A model generated the notes under the pieces. That model was not told the origin of the DNA, made no database searches, and worked only from the letters and a program-made list of their open reading frames with translations. Of a stretch of DNA of 62,046 nucleotides, positions 1-9,941 are shown piece by piece (position 1 is the first letter of the stretch; every line of letters starts with the position of its first letter). The stretch covers positions 1 through 62,046 of IMG/VR virus record IMGVR_UViG_3300009181_000079; one strand, written 5' to 3'. Made by a program: the position numbers and the translations under genes. The stretch is from a virus. Taxonomy: Duplodnaviria; Caudoviricetes.

Positions 1-103
1 GGTCACCTCGGAACGAGCAGCGAGAGCGTTTAAGCAGGTAATTTTTTAATTACGGTTACGGTTACGACCTTGACAGGCGAAACAGGGTCACAAACCCGAT
101 CCA

Positions 104-715
104 ATGCCGAGCCTAACCGAAATTGCAAAAGCCTGGGGCACGTCCCGCCCGTATGTGAGTAAGATGAAGAAGCAGGGATGCCCGATTCACAGTCTGTCGG
201 CGGCGACGAAGTGGAGAGAGGCTCACGCGAGCAAGAGGGTCTCGCCTTCAGCGAAGGCCCCGGTGGCGGAGAAGCCGGCAAAAGGGAAAAAGGCAGGGAG
301 GCCGCGCACTCTACCCGAGCCATCGAAGACTGGAGACTCACTGCTCGACGCGCTGAACAACGCGATCTACACGGCTGACATGGCGTATATCGCCTACAAG
401 GACGCAGTGCTCGTGGAATCGCCTACAATGGCCGCCAGGCTCTCGGAGAGCTCAAAGGCTACCCAGGTGAGGATCGTGGTGGAAAAAGCTTACAGGGAGG
501 AGCAGGAGCGCCGGGGAGTGCTGGTTCCGAAGCCAGTCATCATCGAGCGGTGCAGGAAAGGGATGGAATCGGTTTTGAGGATGCTGAACAAGTTGCCGTC
601 AGAACAAGGCCCTCAGTGTAATCCCGACAATCCCATCATGGCGATGAAGGTTCTACAGAGGAAAGTCGATGAGATCAAAATTGCCTGCCAGGCGGCGATA
701 GGAGGACTGGCGTGA
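104..715 (+). CDS. terS: terminase small subunit (Nu1-like)
   Basis: N-terminal HTH (SLTEIAKAWGTSRPYVSKM) and helical C-terminus; overlaps the start of the large terminase. Confidence 0.75.
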   Translation: MPSLTEIAKAWGTSRPYVSKMKKQGCPIHSLSAATKWREAHASKRVSPSAKAPVAEKPAKGKKAGRPRTLPEPSKTGDSLLDALNNAIYTADMAYIAYKDAVLVESPTMAARLSESSKATQVRIVVEKAYREEQERRGVLVPKPVIIERCRKGMESVLRMLNKLPSEQGPQCNPDNPIMAMKVLQRKVDEIKIACQAAIGGLA

Positions 716-2571
716 CACCGATCGCAAAACTGATTCAGGAGACATCTGACGCGATCGGGGCGCTGTGGGCTCCGATGAGCATGGAGTCGGTCTGCGAGTG
801 GATTGAGAAGAACGTCGATCTCCCCACTGGAGCAATCACAGGAAGAGCGAATCTTTCCAAAACAGCGTATGCCAGGGAAATCCTGGAGAGGTATGGAGAC
901 AAGACCACCAGGCACATCGTCATGGTGTTCGCGACCCAGTTGGGCAAAACCACGATTTTGATCTTCGGTATGCTTTTCCGAATCGCCCGGGACCCGGAGG
1001 ACGCGATGTGGGTAATGGCAAACGCAGACCAGGCCCGCGACTTCAACAAGGAACGGTTCATGGCGTTTGTCCGCCTGTGTAGGGTTGTGATGGACCTGGT
1101 GCCGAAAACCGCAAAAGGCGCAGTGGACAAGAACCTGTGGGGATTCACCGCCCAGCACTACACCAGCATGGTTTTGAACTTTGTCGGAGCGGGATCCCCG
1201 GCGAACCTGGCCTCTCGGCCCCGTGGATTCCTGCAGCTCGACGAGTGCGATAAATACTACGACCAGCTCGGATTCGACGCCGGCTCCATCCAGTTGGCTG
1301 AGGAGCGGCAGAAAACCATGTCCTTCCCGCTTTCCGTCAAGGCATCGAGCCCAACCCTCGTGGACCGGATGATCTGGCAGGAATACCTCAAGACCGACAT
1401 GCGGCAATACTGGGTGCCATGTCCCCGGTGCGACCAGAAGATTCTGCTCAAGATGCGCGTCCGGTCCGAAACTCACGGAGACTGCGGAGTTCGCTGGTGG
1501 CAGGAGCACGAGAGCGAGGCGAAGACCGATAACGAATGGGACATGAGGAAAGTGAAGGCCAACGCTTTTTACAAGTGCCAGTGCTGCGGAGGGAAGATCC
1601 ACGACTTTGAGCGGGAGGACATGATCCAGCCCGAGAACGGGGCGCTGTGGGTTCCGCAGAGCGCGAGGGCCGAAGCCGGCAGATACGGCTACCACCTCAG
1701 CTCGCTCTACTCCGTGCTCGGACCGGAAACGTCGCTCGGGAGCATTGCGGTGAAATTCCTGCTCGCCAATGGGCTCAGGTCAGAATTGCAGAACTTCGTG
1801 AATGGCTGGCTGGCGGAGCCGTGGGACGAATCCCAGGCATACGACTTCCAGGAACTCCGCTTCGAGGTGTTCACTGGAAAAGAAATCCCGCAGGACACAG
1901 TTCCAGTCATGGCGGTCGATGTGCAGGAGCTCGGCTTTTGGGTGCTCATCCGCAAGTTCCAGCGCCCAACGCCGCAGAGGCCACACGGCGAGAGCTGGCT
2001 GGTATTCGCGGACTTCGTGCAGACCGTGGAGGAGATTGTCGAACTTCAAAAGGAATACGGAGTTGCCGGCGAGAACATCACGCTCGACATGGCCCATCGT
2101 CCCAACGCAGTGGCCAGAATCATCATCGAGAACAACTGGCGCGGCATCTGGGGATCCGACACCCGCAAGTTCCAGTGGACCATCGACGGGCGCAAAGTGT
2201 GGAGACCCTACTCGGTCCCGCAGTTCCGCGATCCGATGCTCGGGACATCGTGGGAGAACAGAACCTTCAAGCGCGCGACATTCGTGTTGTTCAGCAAGCA
2301 GGGAGCGCTCGACATGGTATCCTCGCTGCGCTACGCAGAACCGGCGATCTGGCACGCATCTGCCAACGTCAATCCCGGCTACTCGGCGCACCTCAATAGC
2401 CGCATCCGAAGGCAGCAGAAAAACAAGCGCACAGGTCGCGTGGAGTGGATGTGGCATGAACTCACGCAGACGAACCATTTGGCGGACTGCGAATCGCATG
2501 TCACCATCCGCGCATTGCAGCTCGGATTGCTCGTCCTTCCCGACGAAACAGACCGCGCCAACGTGAAGTAG
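712..2571 (+). CDS. terL: terminase large subunit, lambda GpA family
   Basis: ATQLGKT Walker A, LQLDE Walker B, SSPT motif, YWVPCPRC and CQCCGG Zn sites, GYHLSSLYS, FVNGWLAEPW, AVDVQ nuclease motif, NHLADC. Confidence 0.95.
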   Translation: MTPIAKLIQETSDAIGALWAPMSMESVCEWIEKNVDLPTGAITGRANLSKTAYAREILERYGDKTTRHIVMVFATQLGKTTILIFGMLFRIARDPEDAMWVMANADQARDFNKERFMAFVRLCRVVMDLVPKTAKGAVDKNLWGFTAQHYTSMVLNFVGAGSPANLASRPRGFLQLDECDKYYDQLGFDAGSIQLAEERQKTMSFPLSVKASSPTLVDRMIWQEYLKTDMRQYWVPCPRCDQKILLKMRVRSETHGDCGVRWWQEHESEAKTDNEWDMRKVKANAFYKCQCCGGKIHDFEREDMIQPENGALWVPQSARAEAGRYGYHLSSLYSVLGPETSLGSIAVKFLLANGLRSELQNFVNGWLAEPWDESQAYDFQELRFEVFTGKEIPQDTVPVMAVDVQELGFWVLIRKFQRPTPQRPHGESWLVFADFVQTVEEIVELQKEYGVAGENITLDMAHRPNAVARIIIENNWRGIWGSDTRKFQWTIDGRKVWRPYSVPQFRDPMLGTSWENRTFKRATFVLFSKQGALDMVSSLRYAEPAIWHASANVNPGYSAHLNSRIRRQQKNKRTGRVEWMWHELTQTNHLADCESHVTIRALQLGLLVLPDETDRANVK

Positions 2572-2741
2572 TAACCTCATAAACTGTCACCGAATAAAGT
2601 CGCAAGACAAACTGCGACAGGTAAAAGCTAAAGGTCGAATTATTCGCGGAAAGATTTCTGAAAGTTTTTCTTGCCATCTTCTTAGCAAGATGATTTAGTC
2701 GCCCCACTTCGGACAGTCCGGAGTATCCAAACCAAACCAAA

Positions 2742-2957
2742 ATGAACCAAACCAAATACAAGATCACCATCGAAAAAATCGAGGAAGTCACCAAGGTCGT
2801 CCGGGGAGAATGGACGAGGGTAAGCGATACCGGACCGAACCCATTCGGCTACACACCAGACCGAGAGGCGGAGGTCAAGGTGGAGACCACGATTCTGGAA
2901 CAAACTGTCGAAAAACTCGACCTTAAGGCTGTTCTCAAAGCCATCAACGGACTATGA
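2742..2957 (+). CDS. hypothetical protein
   Basis: ORF with A/C-rich leader, coupled to the next gene. Confidence 0.7.
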   Translation: MNQTKYKITIEKIEEVTKVVRGEWTRVSDTGPNPFGYTPDREAEVKVETTILEQTVEKLDLKAVLKAINGL

Positions 2958-3754
2958 ACCAACTCATCATCGCACCTCCAATCGGCGAAACCCCATCCAT
3001 CCACATCACGGAGGAGGGACAGAAAATCAAATCCACGCTGATTCACGCGGCCATTGAGGTCGCGCAGATAGTCACCGCCGAACAGCGAGACAATGCCCTC
3101 GTCGCCGCCGGAAACATCAAGGCCCATATTTCCGCCGTCGAAAAGACCCGCAAGGAAATCAAGGAGCCATTTCTTCAAATGGGCCGCGCAATCGACGCCG
3201 CAGCCAAGGAGCACTCAGAGGATCTTGAGTCATATCTGAAACGCCTCAACAACCTCATCGGCTCATTCGAGGATGCGCGCCGCCGCGAGCAGGAAGCCCA
3301 GGAGCGCGCCCGCCGCGCCGAGGAGGCCCGACTTGCCGAGGAGCAACGAAAAGCCCAGCAGGAGGCCGACAGGCTCGCGGAAGAGGCACGCAAGAAAGCG
3401 GAGGCCGCAGCAGCCAAGGGCAAGGAACTGACCCCAGCCCAGAAAGTCAAAGCGCTGGAGGAGCAACTCCAGGCAGAGGAAGAGCAGGAGGCCCGCGAGC
3501 GTGAACTGCGCCGACTCGAAGAAGAGCGCATGACCGCACGCCAGAAAGCCGAAGAAGCGAAGCCCACAGGAGGAGCGCTCAGGGAGGAGATTGATGTGGA
3601 GGTGACAGACATCCATGCTCTCTACAAGCACATGCCAGTCTGCGTGAAACTCACCCCCGACCTCGCCATGATCAAAGCCATGATCAAATCAGGACAGACT
3701 CTCCCAGGAGTCAGCGCCACGAAGCGCCATGTGTTCGCAACCAGGAGCCGATAA
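2954..3754 (+). CDS. coiled-coil phage protein (Gam/Gp157-like recombination-cluster protein)
   Basis: VEKTRKEIKEPFL...IDAAAK pattern, long E/R/A coiled coil, C-terminal LPGV; sits next to the SSB and annealing genes. Confidence 0.5.
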   Translation: MNQLIIAPPIGETPSIHITEEGQKIKSTLIHAAIEVAQIVTAEQRDNALVAAGNIKAHISAVEKTRKEIKEPFLQMGRAIDAAAKEHSEDLESYLKRLNNLIGSFEDARRREQEAQERARRAEEARLAEEQRKAQQEADRLAEEARKKAEAAAAKGKELTPAQKVKALEEQLQAEEEQEARERELRRLEEERMTARQKAEEAKPTGGALREEIDVEVTDIHALYKHMPVCVKLTPDLAMIKAMIKSGQTLPGVSATKRHVFATRSR

Positions 3755-3761
3755 TTTCAAT

Positions 3762-3980
3762 ATGGCATACGAACAAAAACCAAACAGCGGCTCGCTCTTT
3801 AAGAACGACCGGAAACGCGAAGGCAAGAACGACTCAGACTACACTGGAAAGGGAGTAGTCGAAGGCAACGATGTGTGGATAGACGCATGGATTAAAAACA
3901 ATCCAAAGTCACCAGACCACGACCCAGACAAGCCAGTATTCATGTCCCTTTCATTCAGACCACGACAACCCAAAAACTAA
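3762..3980 (+). CDS. small single-stranded DNA-binding-like protein
   Basis: MAYEQKPNSGSLFKN..K...DYTG...W..AW...FMSLS pattern of small phage OB-fold proteins; start moved to ATG 3762. Confidence 0.6.
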   Translation: MAYEQKPNSGSLFKNDRKREGKNDSDYTGKGVVEGNDVWIDAWIKNNPKSPDHDPDKPVFMSLSFRPRQPKN

Positions 3981-3986
3981 ATCACC

Positions 3987-5123
3987 ATGTCCACAGAAAT
4001 CACACCAATGCCGATGGCAGAAATGCAATCACTCGCCCAGGACGCCGCCAAGAGCGGAATGTTCGGGCTCCAAAACCCCAGCCAGGCAATCTGCCTCATG
4101 GCCCTGTGCCAGGCTGAGGGAATCAACCCGGTGCTCGCGCTCCGACGTTACCACCTCATTGAAGGCAAGCCATCCATGCGCGCAGATGCGATGTTAGCGG
4201 AGTTCGCGGCGCGAGGCGGAGGAGTCATCTGGCACGTCCGCAGTGACGAGATCGTAGCTGCCACCTTCTTCATCGACGCCAAGAAGATGGACGAGAAAGC
4301 CATCGAGCGCGCCCGCACCCGTGCAGCAGCTATGCTGGAGAACGACCACGCAACCGTGATGGAGAACTCCTACCCAGGAGAGGAAACCATCGTGCGAACG
4401 ATGGAGGATGCCGACAAGAAGAGAACCTCAATGCAGTGGGACAAGGATACCCGTCAGTTCAAGAAGAAGCATGTGTGGCAGGCCAACCCGCGCCAGATGC
4501 TCACAGCAAGAGTCATTACAGAAGGTGTCCGCCTCATCGCCCCGGGAGTGGTCGCCGGCATCTACGCACCCGAGGAGATCGAAGACTCCAAGGAATCCTT
4601 CCTGCAAGACGCAGGAGCCTCGCCATCGCACGATCTTGAGTCCATGCGGTCCATCCTGGCCCAGCACGAACAAAACGCGCTGGACGCCACCACAGAGCCG
4701 GAGCGCAAGAAGTATCAGGGTCTCGCGGCAGACATGCGCCAGAAGATTCAGGAGGCATGGGACAATGAGAAGCCGGCGAAGCTTGAGCAGGTCGGGCCGG
4801 AGCATGAGAAGATGGCCAAGCTGGTCAGGGCCGAGCCGCCCGACGACATCCCGGGACTCGAAAACTGTAAGCTGGTCAAGGGCAGCGAGATTCCACAGCC
4901 CCCGCCAAAGCCCACAGCAGATGCGCCGTGGCCAGAGCACATCATTACGTGCGTGAAGTCTGCTGCATACCGCGGCAAGCGTCTCGACTCTTTCAGCAAG
5001 GAGGAGATCGAAGTGCTTCATAACTCCTTCCAGAAAAAAGACCTCAAGGGAGGAAGTGAGGAGCTTAAGCACGAAGCCGCACAGCTCGCCAAGGCCCACG
5101 AACACTGGAGCAAGGTCAAATGA
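3987..5123 (+). CDS. RecT-like single-strand annealing protein
   Basis: GINPVLALRRYHLIEGKPSMRADAMLA, W..NPRQML.AR and GIYAPEE motifs. Confidence 0.7.
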   Translation: MSTEITPMPMAEMQSLAQDAAKSGMFGLQNPSQAICLMALCQAEGINPVLALRRYHLIEGKPSMRADAMLAEFAARGGGVIWHVRSDEIVAATFFIDAKKMDEKAIERARTRAAAMLENDHATVMENSYPGEETIVRTMEDADKKRTSMQWDKDTRQFKKKHVWQANPRQMLTARVITEGVRLIAPGVVAGIYAPEEIEDSKESFLQDAGASPSHDLESMRSILAQHEQNALDATTEPERKKYQGLAADMRQKIQEAWDNEKPAKLEQVGPEHEKMAKLVRAEPPDDIPGLENCKLVKGSEIPQPPPKPTADAPWPEHIITCVKSAAYRGKRLDSFSKEEIEVLHNSFQKKDLKGGSEELKHEAAQLAKAHEHWSKVK

Positions 5124-5500
5124 AAACCCATCCACTGCACATACTCATGGAAGACGGCAAAGCCTACTGCATCGGTAGGAAGCCTGCGGGCATGGGCGAG
5201 ATCGCCTGCCCAAAATGCGCCCAGGCGTATGCCGAGGAACAGGCTTTGGCCCGCAGAAAGGCGGAGCGCGAGCAGCGAAAAATCCAGCGGGCTGCCGATC
5301 TTGAATCTGGCATCCTTTCCAAAAAGGCCAACGGATACTGGGCGCTGCGATACACCCTCGAAAATAAAGAGGTCGAGGACTCTCTGAAGGAACTCTCCGA
5401 GGAAAGAGCCAAGACGCTCGCTCCTCTCTGCATGAAATACATCCGCAGGACCGGGAAGCGTCTGGGCGATATTACTAAGTGTGTAGCTGACTACCAATGA
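5120..5500 (+). CDS. hypothetical protein with a CxxC knuckle
   Basis: ORF coupled on both sides (ATGA overlaps); CPKC. Confidence 0.65.
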   Translation: MKTHPLHILMEDGKAYCIGRKPAGMGEIACPKCAQAYAEEQALARRKAEREQRKIQRAADLESGILSKKANGYWALRYTLENKEVEDSLKELSEERAKTLAPLCMKYIRRTGKRLGDITKCVADYQ

Positions 5501-5850
5501 AGCTTCCGTCTCCAGCGGTCCTCAAATCCGCCATCACCATCATGCGAACGCTCGCCAACATCTTCGAGTCCATGCTCAACCAGCCACAGGAAGACCTGGT
5601 GATCGTTGATCCAGCCCCGAAGAGGAAAAGCACCCACAAGGCGACCATCGAAGAGATGCGCGCGTTCTGCAAGTCCATCGCTGTCGCAGAGTCAGACGGC
5701 GACTACTTCTTCCACAAGAACGAGGCCGAGAAATGGCCAAAGAACTGGCAGGCTAAGATCCGTTCATGGAAGTCATGCGGCTACCTCCCGAGTCAGAAGG
5801 CAGGAGTCACGCAGGCACCGAAACCAGCACCGAAGAAAGTCACGGTATGA
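5497..5850 (+). CDS. replication-initiator C-terminal-like domain protein (possible helicase loader)
   Basis: ATIEEMRAFC...DGDYFF...W.KNWQAKIRSW resembles the C-terminal domain of phage replisome organisers; directly upstream of DnaB. Confidence 0.5.
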   Translation: MKLPSPAVLKSAITIMRTLANIFESMLNQPQEDLVIVDPAPKRKSTHKATIEEMRAFCKSIAVAESDGDYFFHKNEAEKWPKNWQAKIRSWKSCGYLPSQKAGVTQAPKPAPKKVTV

Positions 5851-7133
5851 GCCAACCCATCCAGCCATTCATCCAAAAGCAGGAAGACGCAGCCATTGGC
5901 CTGATCTCCTGCATGAGGGCCGACCTTCTCCGCGCCGGGGCTCTCGCAAAGTCAGCAGGAATCACCGCTCACCACTTCGCCTCACCACTCGACACCGTGT
6001 TCGTCTGCATGATGGGCATGTGGGCCGATAGCCAGGAGTTTGACTGGCTCGATCTCATCCAGAGAATGAGAACCCACGGAAAGCTCACCCGGGACGGCGA
6101 GAAAGAGAGCCTCAAGGCCGCAATCTACGCCGACACGCTCATCCACACCGCCCCGTCTCACATCAACGCCCTCCTGGAGTGCGCAGCAGCCCGCAGGATG
6201 CACGAGATTGGCTCCAGACTCATGGCGAGAGCCTTTGACCTCTCCGAGCCCACCACGGAGCTTCTGGACGAGGTGCGCGACCAACTTTCTGGAGTGACCA
6301 CTCGACCCGTAGAGAACAAGACAGGGATCAAGGGGTTTGTTACGGAGGCGATCGCAGCCATCACCAGCAAGCTCAATGGAGATAATGAGGATCACGAAAC
6401 CATCGAACTCGGACTCGGGCTCGATCGCGCTGCTGGCCCATTCTACCGCTCAGATCTGGTGATCATCGCCGGAGAGACCAAGCGCGGCAAGTCGGCCCTC
6501 GCCGGGAACATCGTGGAGAACGTAGCCGCAGCCGGAAAAGCCGTCGCCCTGTTCTCTCTGGAGATGTCTGGTCGCCAGAACGCAGAGCGTATGCTCGCAA
6601 GCCAGGCTGGAGTGAACATCCGCAGCCTCAAGATGGACGGACCGGTGCCACGCGACATCTTCGACAAGGGACCCAGCGAATTTGAGCGCCTCACCAAGGC
6701 CGCAGCCAGAATCGCACAGTGGAACATCCAAATCTTCGAGAAGACTAAGAAGATCGACGCCATCGTGGCTGAGATGCACCGGATGAAGGCAACCACAGGT
6801 CTCGATCTCGCAGTCGTTGATTACGCCCAGCTCACCCGTGGGATCCGGAATGACGGAGACAACCGGGAGCGCGAGGTGGCCAGCATTTCCGGAATGCTCA
6901 AGGAAGCTGCCAGCGCATGTAACTGCTTGGTCATCCTTTTGAGCCAGCTCAATGAACACGGGAAGCTCCGCGAGTCACGCGCGCTCGGTCAAGACGCCAA
7001 CTGCGTGCTTGCAATCGAGGAGGATGGGAATGGTCGCAAGATCAGCGTCATCGCAGCCCGCTCCGCGCCAGGCAGCGAAATCCCGATCAAGTGGGAGCCT
7101 CAATACACACGATTCTCGGAGGTATCAGAATGA
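5847..7133 (+). CDS. dnaB: replicative DNA helicase, DnaB family
   Basis: IIAGETKRGKS Walker A, FSLEMS, VVDYAQL, LLSQLN, LRESRALGQDA; likely start ATG 5847 overlapping the upstream stop. Confidence 0.92.
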   Translation: MSQPIQPFIQKQEDAAIGLISCMRADLLRAGALAKSAGITAHHFASPLDTVFVCMMGMWADSQEFDWLDLIQRMRTHGKLTRDGEKESLKAAIYADTLIHTAPSHINALLECAAARRMHEIGSRLMARAFDLSEPTTELLDEVRDQLSGVTTRPVENKTGIKGFVTEAIAAITSKLNGDNEDHETIELGLGLDRAAGPFYRSDLVIIAGETKRGKSALAGNIVENVAAAGKAVALFSLEMSGRQNAERMLASQAGVNIRSLKMDGPVPRDIFDKGPSEFERLTKAAARIAQWNIQIFEKTKKIDAIVAEMHRMKATTGLDLAVVDYAQLTRGIRNDGDNREREVASISGMLKEAASACNCLVILLSQLNEHGKLRESRALGQDANCVLAIEEDGNGRKISVIAARSAPGSEIPIKWEPQYTRFSEVSE

Positions 7134-7366
7134 CCCACCTCGATAAAATCCGGGACGAGTTCATCGAGATGGTCCACGACTCATTGGAAGAGAAAGACCG
7201 AGGCCCAGGAACCCCGTTTGACGACTGGAAGAAGATGTTCAACCGGGTCGCATCCCACAAGCAAGCGGTCCCAGAGCTGGCATACCAGCAATGCGAAGAA
7301 CTCTTTGCGAAACTACCACCACGGAAGAATAGTGCTCGACTTCCAGAGATCGAATTTACAGAGTAG
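7130..7366 (+). CDS. hypothetical protein
   Basis: ATG overlaps the dnaB stop codon. Confidence 0.55.
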   Translation: MTHLDKIRDEFIEMVHDSLEEKDRGPGTPFDDWKKMFNRVASHKQAVPELAYQQCEELFAKLPPRKNSARLPEIEFTE

Positions 7367-7386
7367 GTGACATCACGCTCCCAAGC

Positions 7387-7935
7387 ATGAAATCCAAACC
7401 AACCAAATCCAAACTCACCATACCCGACCTGCTTACGGAGATCGTCCGTTCAATCACCAAGGGATCTGAGACACCGTTCGTGGAATACGACGAGGAGCAG
7501 CGAATCATCAGCTTCCGGGTCTCACCGCAGGACCACGGGCGATGTGTAGGAAAGCAAGGCAACGTCATCGCCAGCATCTCTCGCATCATCTGGCTCGCCA
7601 GCGTCATTCAGGAGCTCAGCCCGGTCGCAGTGAAGCTACTTGAGCCTGATGGCCCACGTAAGATGAACGCCAGCCTACCTGTCCTGTTCGATCCGAAGTG
7701 GAACCGGAAGGCAATCGGAAAGCTGGTTGAGGACATCATCGAATCCATCGTCCCGACCTCCGCATGGATCATCGAGGAGAAGTCCGAGACCACAGCCACC
7801 GTCACCATCCGCATCGAGGAATATCTCCAGCGTGCGCTGATGGATCCTCCATTCGAGCTGTCCCTTTCCAACGTCCTCCGCGCTGCCGGCATGGCTCAGG
7901 GTGTGAACCTCAACCTAAAACTGGAATGGGTGTAG
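7387..7935 (+). CDS. KH-domain RNA-binding protein, KhpA-like, with C-terminal extension
   Basis: RVSPQDHGRCVGKQGNVIASI matches the KhpA pattern V..D.G.VIGK.G..I.AI, including the GxxG loop. Confidence 0.75.
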   Translation: MKSKPTKSKLTIPDLLTEIVRSITKGSETPFVEYDEEQRIISFRVSPQDHGRCVGKQGNVIASISRIIWLASVIQELSPVAVKLLEPDGPRKMNASLPVLFDPKWNRKAIGKLVEDIIESIVPTSAWIIEEKSETTATVTIRIEEYLQRALMDPPFELSLSNVLRAAGMAQGVNLNLKLEWV

Positions 7936-8243
7936 AAGAAGATCTAGCTCAGGAAATTACCCTTGAAGGGATGAAGATACGGCGAACCGGAAGGGGCTGC
8001 TATGTCGCAGAAAGTCAGTCTGAGGTAGGGGTGTCATATATTTTAGACATCAAGGCGAACGATGGACTCGGATACTGCTCCTGTATCGACTTCACGGGCC
8101 GACGCTTTCCTCGCTGGAGGGGCATCAAGAAGCCATACGATTCGATGCGATGCAAACATCTGAAGCGCGTAAGAAATTACGAGTTGGATTTGATCATAAA
8201 ATACTACATCGAGAAGGAGAAAAATGGACTCAAAGCTGAATAA
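7926..8243 (+). CDS. SWIM zinc-finger protein
   Basis: CSCIDF...CKH. Confidence 0.7.
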   Translation: MGVEEDLAQEITLEGMKIRRTGRGCYVAESQSEVGVSYILDIKANDGLGYCSCIDFTGRRFPRWRGIKKPYDSMRCKHLKRVRNYELDLIIKYYIEKEKNGLKAE

Positions 8244-8421
8244 CTACCGCTGCCCAGGGTGCAAGTCCATCCAGCAGAGAATTTCAAAAGCAAAGACCAT
8301 CCGCGGTTATTGCTCCATAGCACTGCGCAGTGTGGTGCTGAGGATAGTAGCGAAGAAGAAAACCAAACCGAAAGGAACCAAACCAAATGGCCAAACCAAA
8401 AACAGAAGAAGTCTCGCCTGA
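8224..8421 (+). CDS. small basic hypothetical protein
   Basis: CPGC motif; fills the gap between neighbouring genes. Confidence 0.4.
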   Translation: MDSKLNNYRCPGCKSIQQRISKAKTIRGYCSIALRSVVLRIVAKKKTKPKGTKPNGQTKNRRSLA

Positions 8422-8695
8422 AGCGGAACACGCGACAGCGATCATCAACAAGACCACCGAAGAGCTCGCCCTGCTCCTCTCCCGTAACTGGGCAGACATC
8501 GGGGAGATGCTCAAGCAAGAGCAGGAGGTCTCCATCGCCACCAAGATCATCATCACAGATCGCAAGGCGGAAGCCGGAACCCAGAGCGACAAGGACTCGC
8601 GCATCAAAGTGGCCATCAGCTTCTCCAAGAAGTTCTCGGACTCTTGTGAGGCGGATCTACCAGACCCGAACCAACTCGAAATCCCGGGAGTATGA
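8387..8695 (+). CDS. hypothetical protein
   Basis: A/C-rich leader, coding-like composition, ends DPNQLEI. Confidence 0.65.
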   Translation: MAKPKTEEVSPEAEHATAIINKTTEELALLLSRNWADIGEMLKQEQEVSIATKIIITDRKAEAGTQSDKDSRIKVAISFSKKFSDSCEADLPDPNQLEIPGV

Positions 8696-9243
8696 TCCCC
8701 GAAAAGTTATCAGGCAAGGACTTCGAGAATCTCATTCTCTTCAGGGCTCACAGGCTCGAAGAGCAGGGGATTCTGACGATGGGACGATACGGAACCCAGG
8801 TGGTTATGATGAATGACGACCACGGCATACCAAGATGGCAGCCCATCCCGTCCTTGCCTGACTTCGAGGGAATCGTGTCTGGAACCGGACAGCAGATCAT
8901 CATCGAAGCCAAGGTCTGCTCGCAGGCCAGCTACCCCATTCACCAGGCCGGCAAAGCGCACCCAAAGCAGTTTAGCCACATGCTCAAGCGCGCGGAGTTC
9001 GGAGCCCGGTGCTACCTCCTCCTGCACTTCAACGGCAGAGAGATGAAAACCAAGAGCGACCCATCCACCACATACGCCATCAAGGTCCACCCAGATCTTC
9101 CACTCTGGAGGGAGCACGCAGCCGCGGAGCGCCTCTCCATCGGACGCAGTGAGGCCGACCTTTTCGGAACCCCGCTGGAGTGGACCCTATACTCAGACAG
9201 AGCCAGTAAGTTCACCCCGAACATCGCATCACTTATCCAATGA
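8692..9243 (+). CDS. recU: Holliday junction resolvase, RecU-like (PD-(D/E)xK)
   Basis: GKDFENLI, SLPDFEG, IIIEAK, HPKQ..HM motifs. Confidence 0.75.
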   Translation: MIPEKLSGKDFENLILFRAHRLEEQGILTMGRYGTQVVMMNDDHGIPRWQPIPSLPDFEGIVSGTGQQIIIEAKVCSQASYPIHQAGKAHPKQFSHMLKRAEFGARCYLLLHFNGREMKTKSDPSTTYAIKVHPDLPLWREHAAAERLSIGRSEADLFGTPLEWTLYSDRASKFTPNIASLIQ

Positions 9244-9593
9244 ACACACCACACCCATACAGACAAGCCGCAGGGCGCATAGGATGCGCTGACTGTGGAA
9301 AATCAAGAACCCACATGAGTCACCTCGGCCAAGGCGAGGACGAGCCAGAGCAGCCAGATGACGCGCAGCAGGACCCCATTGGCGATCTGCCGGTGAGTGT
9401 TCAGCCCGCCGCTCGTGAATACGCCCGCCAGCAGTCAGAGCAAGCAACCCGAGATGAATCCAGCTTCTCGATCACCAGCTCTGGCGGATACACCACCGTC
9501 CTCATCAAGGTTGCCGGCCCCGTCACGCCAGAACTGCTACATGCAGCCTCGGTCTTCATGCAGGAAGCTCAACCACAGGAGGGAGAAAAATGA
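9240..9593 (+). CDS. hypothetical protein
   Basis: coupled ORF. Confidence 0.55.
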   Translation: MNTPHPYRQAAGRIGCADCGKSRTHMSHLGQGEDEPEQPDDAQQDPIGDLPVSVQPAAREYARQQSEQATRDESSFSITSSGGYTTVLIKVAGPVTPELLHAASVFMQEAQPQEGEK

Positions 9594-9772
9594 ACTGGCA
9601 ATACACGCACATCACGATCCGAGTGCCACTGGAGAGCGGCAGGCCGTTGAGCGAGGAGCTGAACAAGATCGGTGCGCTGGGATGGGAGATGGTATCCGTG
9701 ATTTCGCACAACGGAATGGATCGCACCTTTTACTTCAAGCGCCCAATGCAGCCCAAGGAGGAAGAGAAATGA
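9590..9772 (+). CDS. DUF4177-like protein
   Basis: WQY...LNKIGALGWEMVSV...FYFKRP. Confidence 0.75.
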   Translation: MNWQYTHITIRVPLESGRPLSEELNKIGALGWEMVSVISHNGMDRTFYFKRPMQPKEEEK

Positions 9773-9941
9773 GAGTCATCGTATCCAGAAGAATCGACTG
9801 CAACGACAAGATGGAGGAGAAGACCGTAGAGGCGGAAGTCGAGGAGTCATTCTCAGAGGTCCGCAGCGAAGAGCAGCGCGCGTCCGAAATGGCCCGCGCC
9901 CTATTTGAGAGCATGGATGAAAAGAAAGAGGGGGCAGAATC

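Noticed and set aside
51-66. TACGGTTACGGTTACG tandem repeat upstream of terS as a cos/pac site
   Set aside because: Too short to support a call; packaging sites cannot be assigned without read-end data.
613-2580. Long antisense and alternate-frame ORFs over terL, and similar ones such as 26128-27156 and 35434-36282
   Set aside because: Shadow ORFs expected from GC-rich codon bias opposite well-supported genes.
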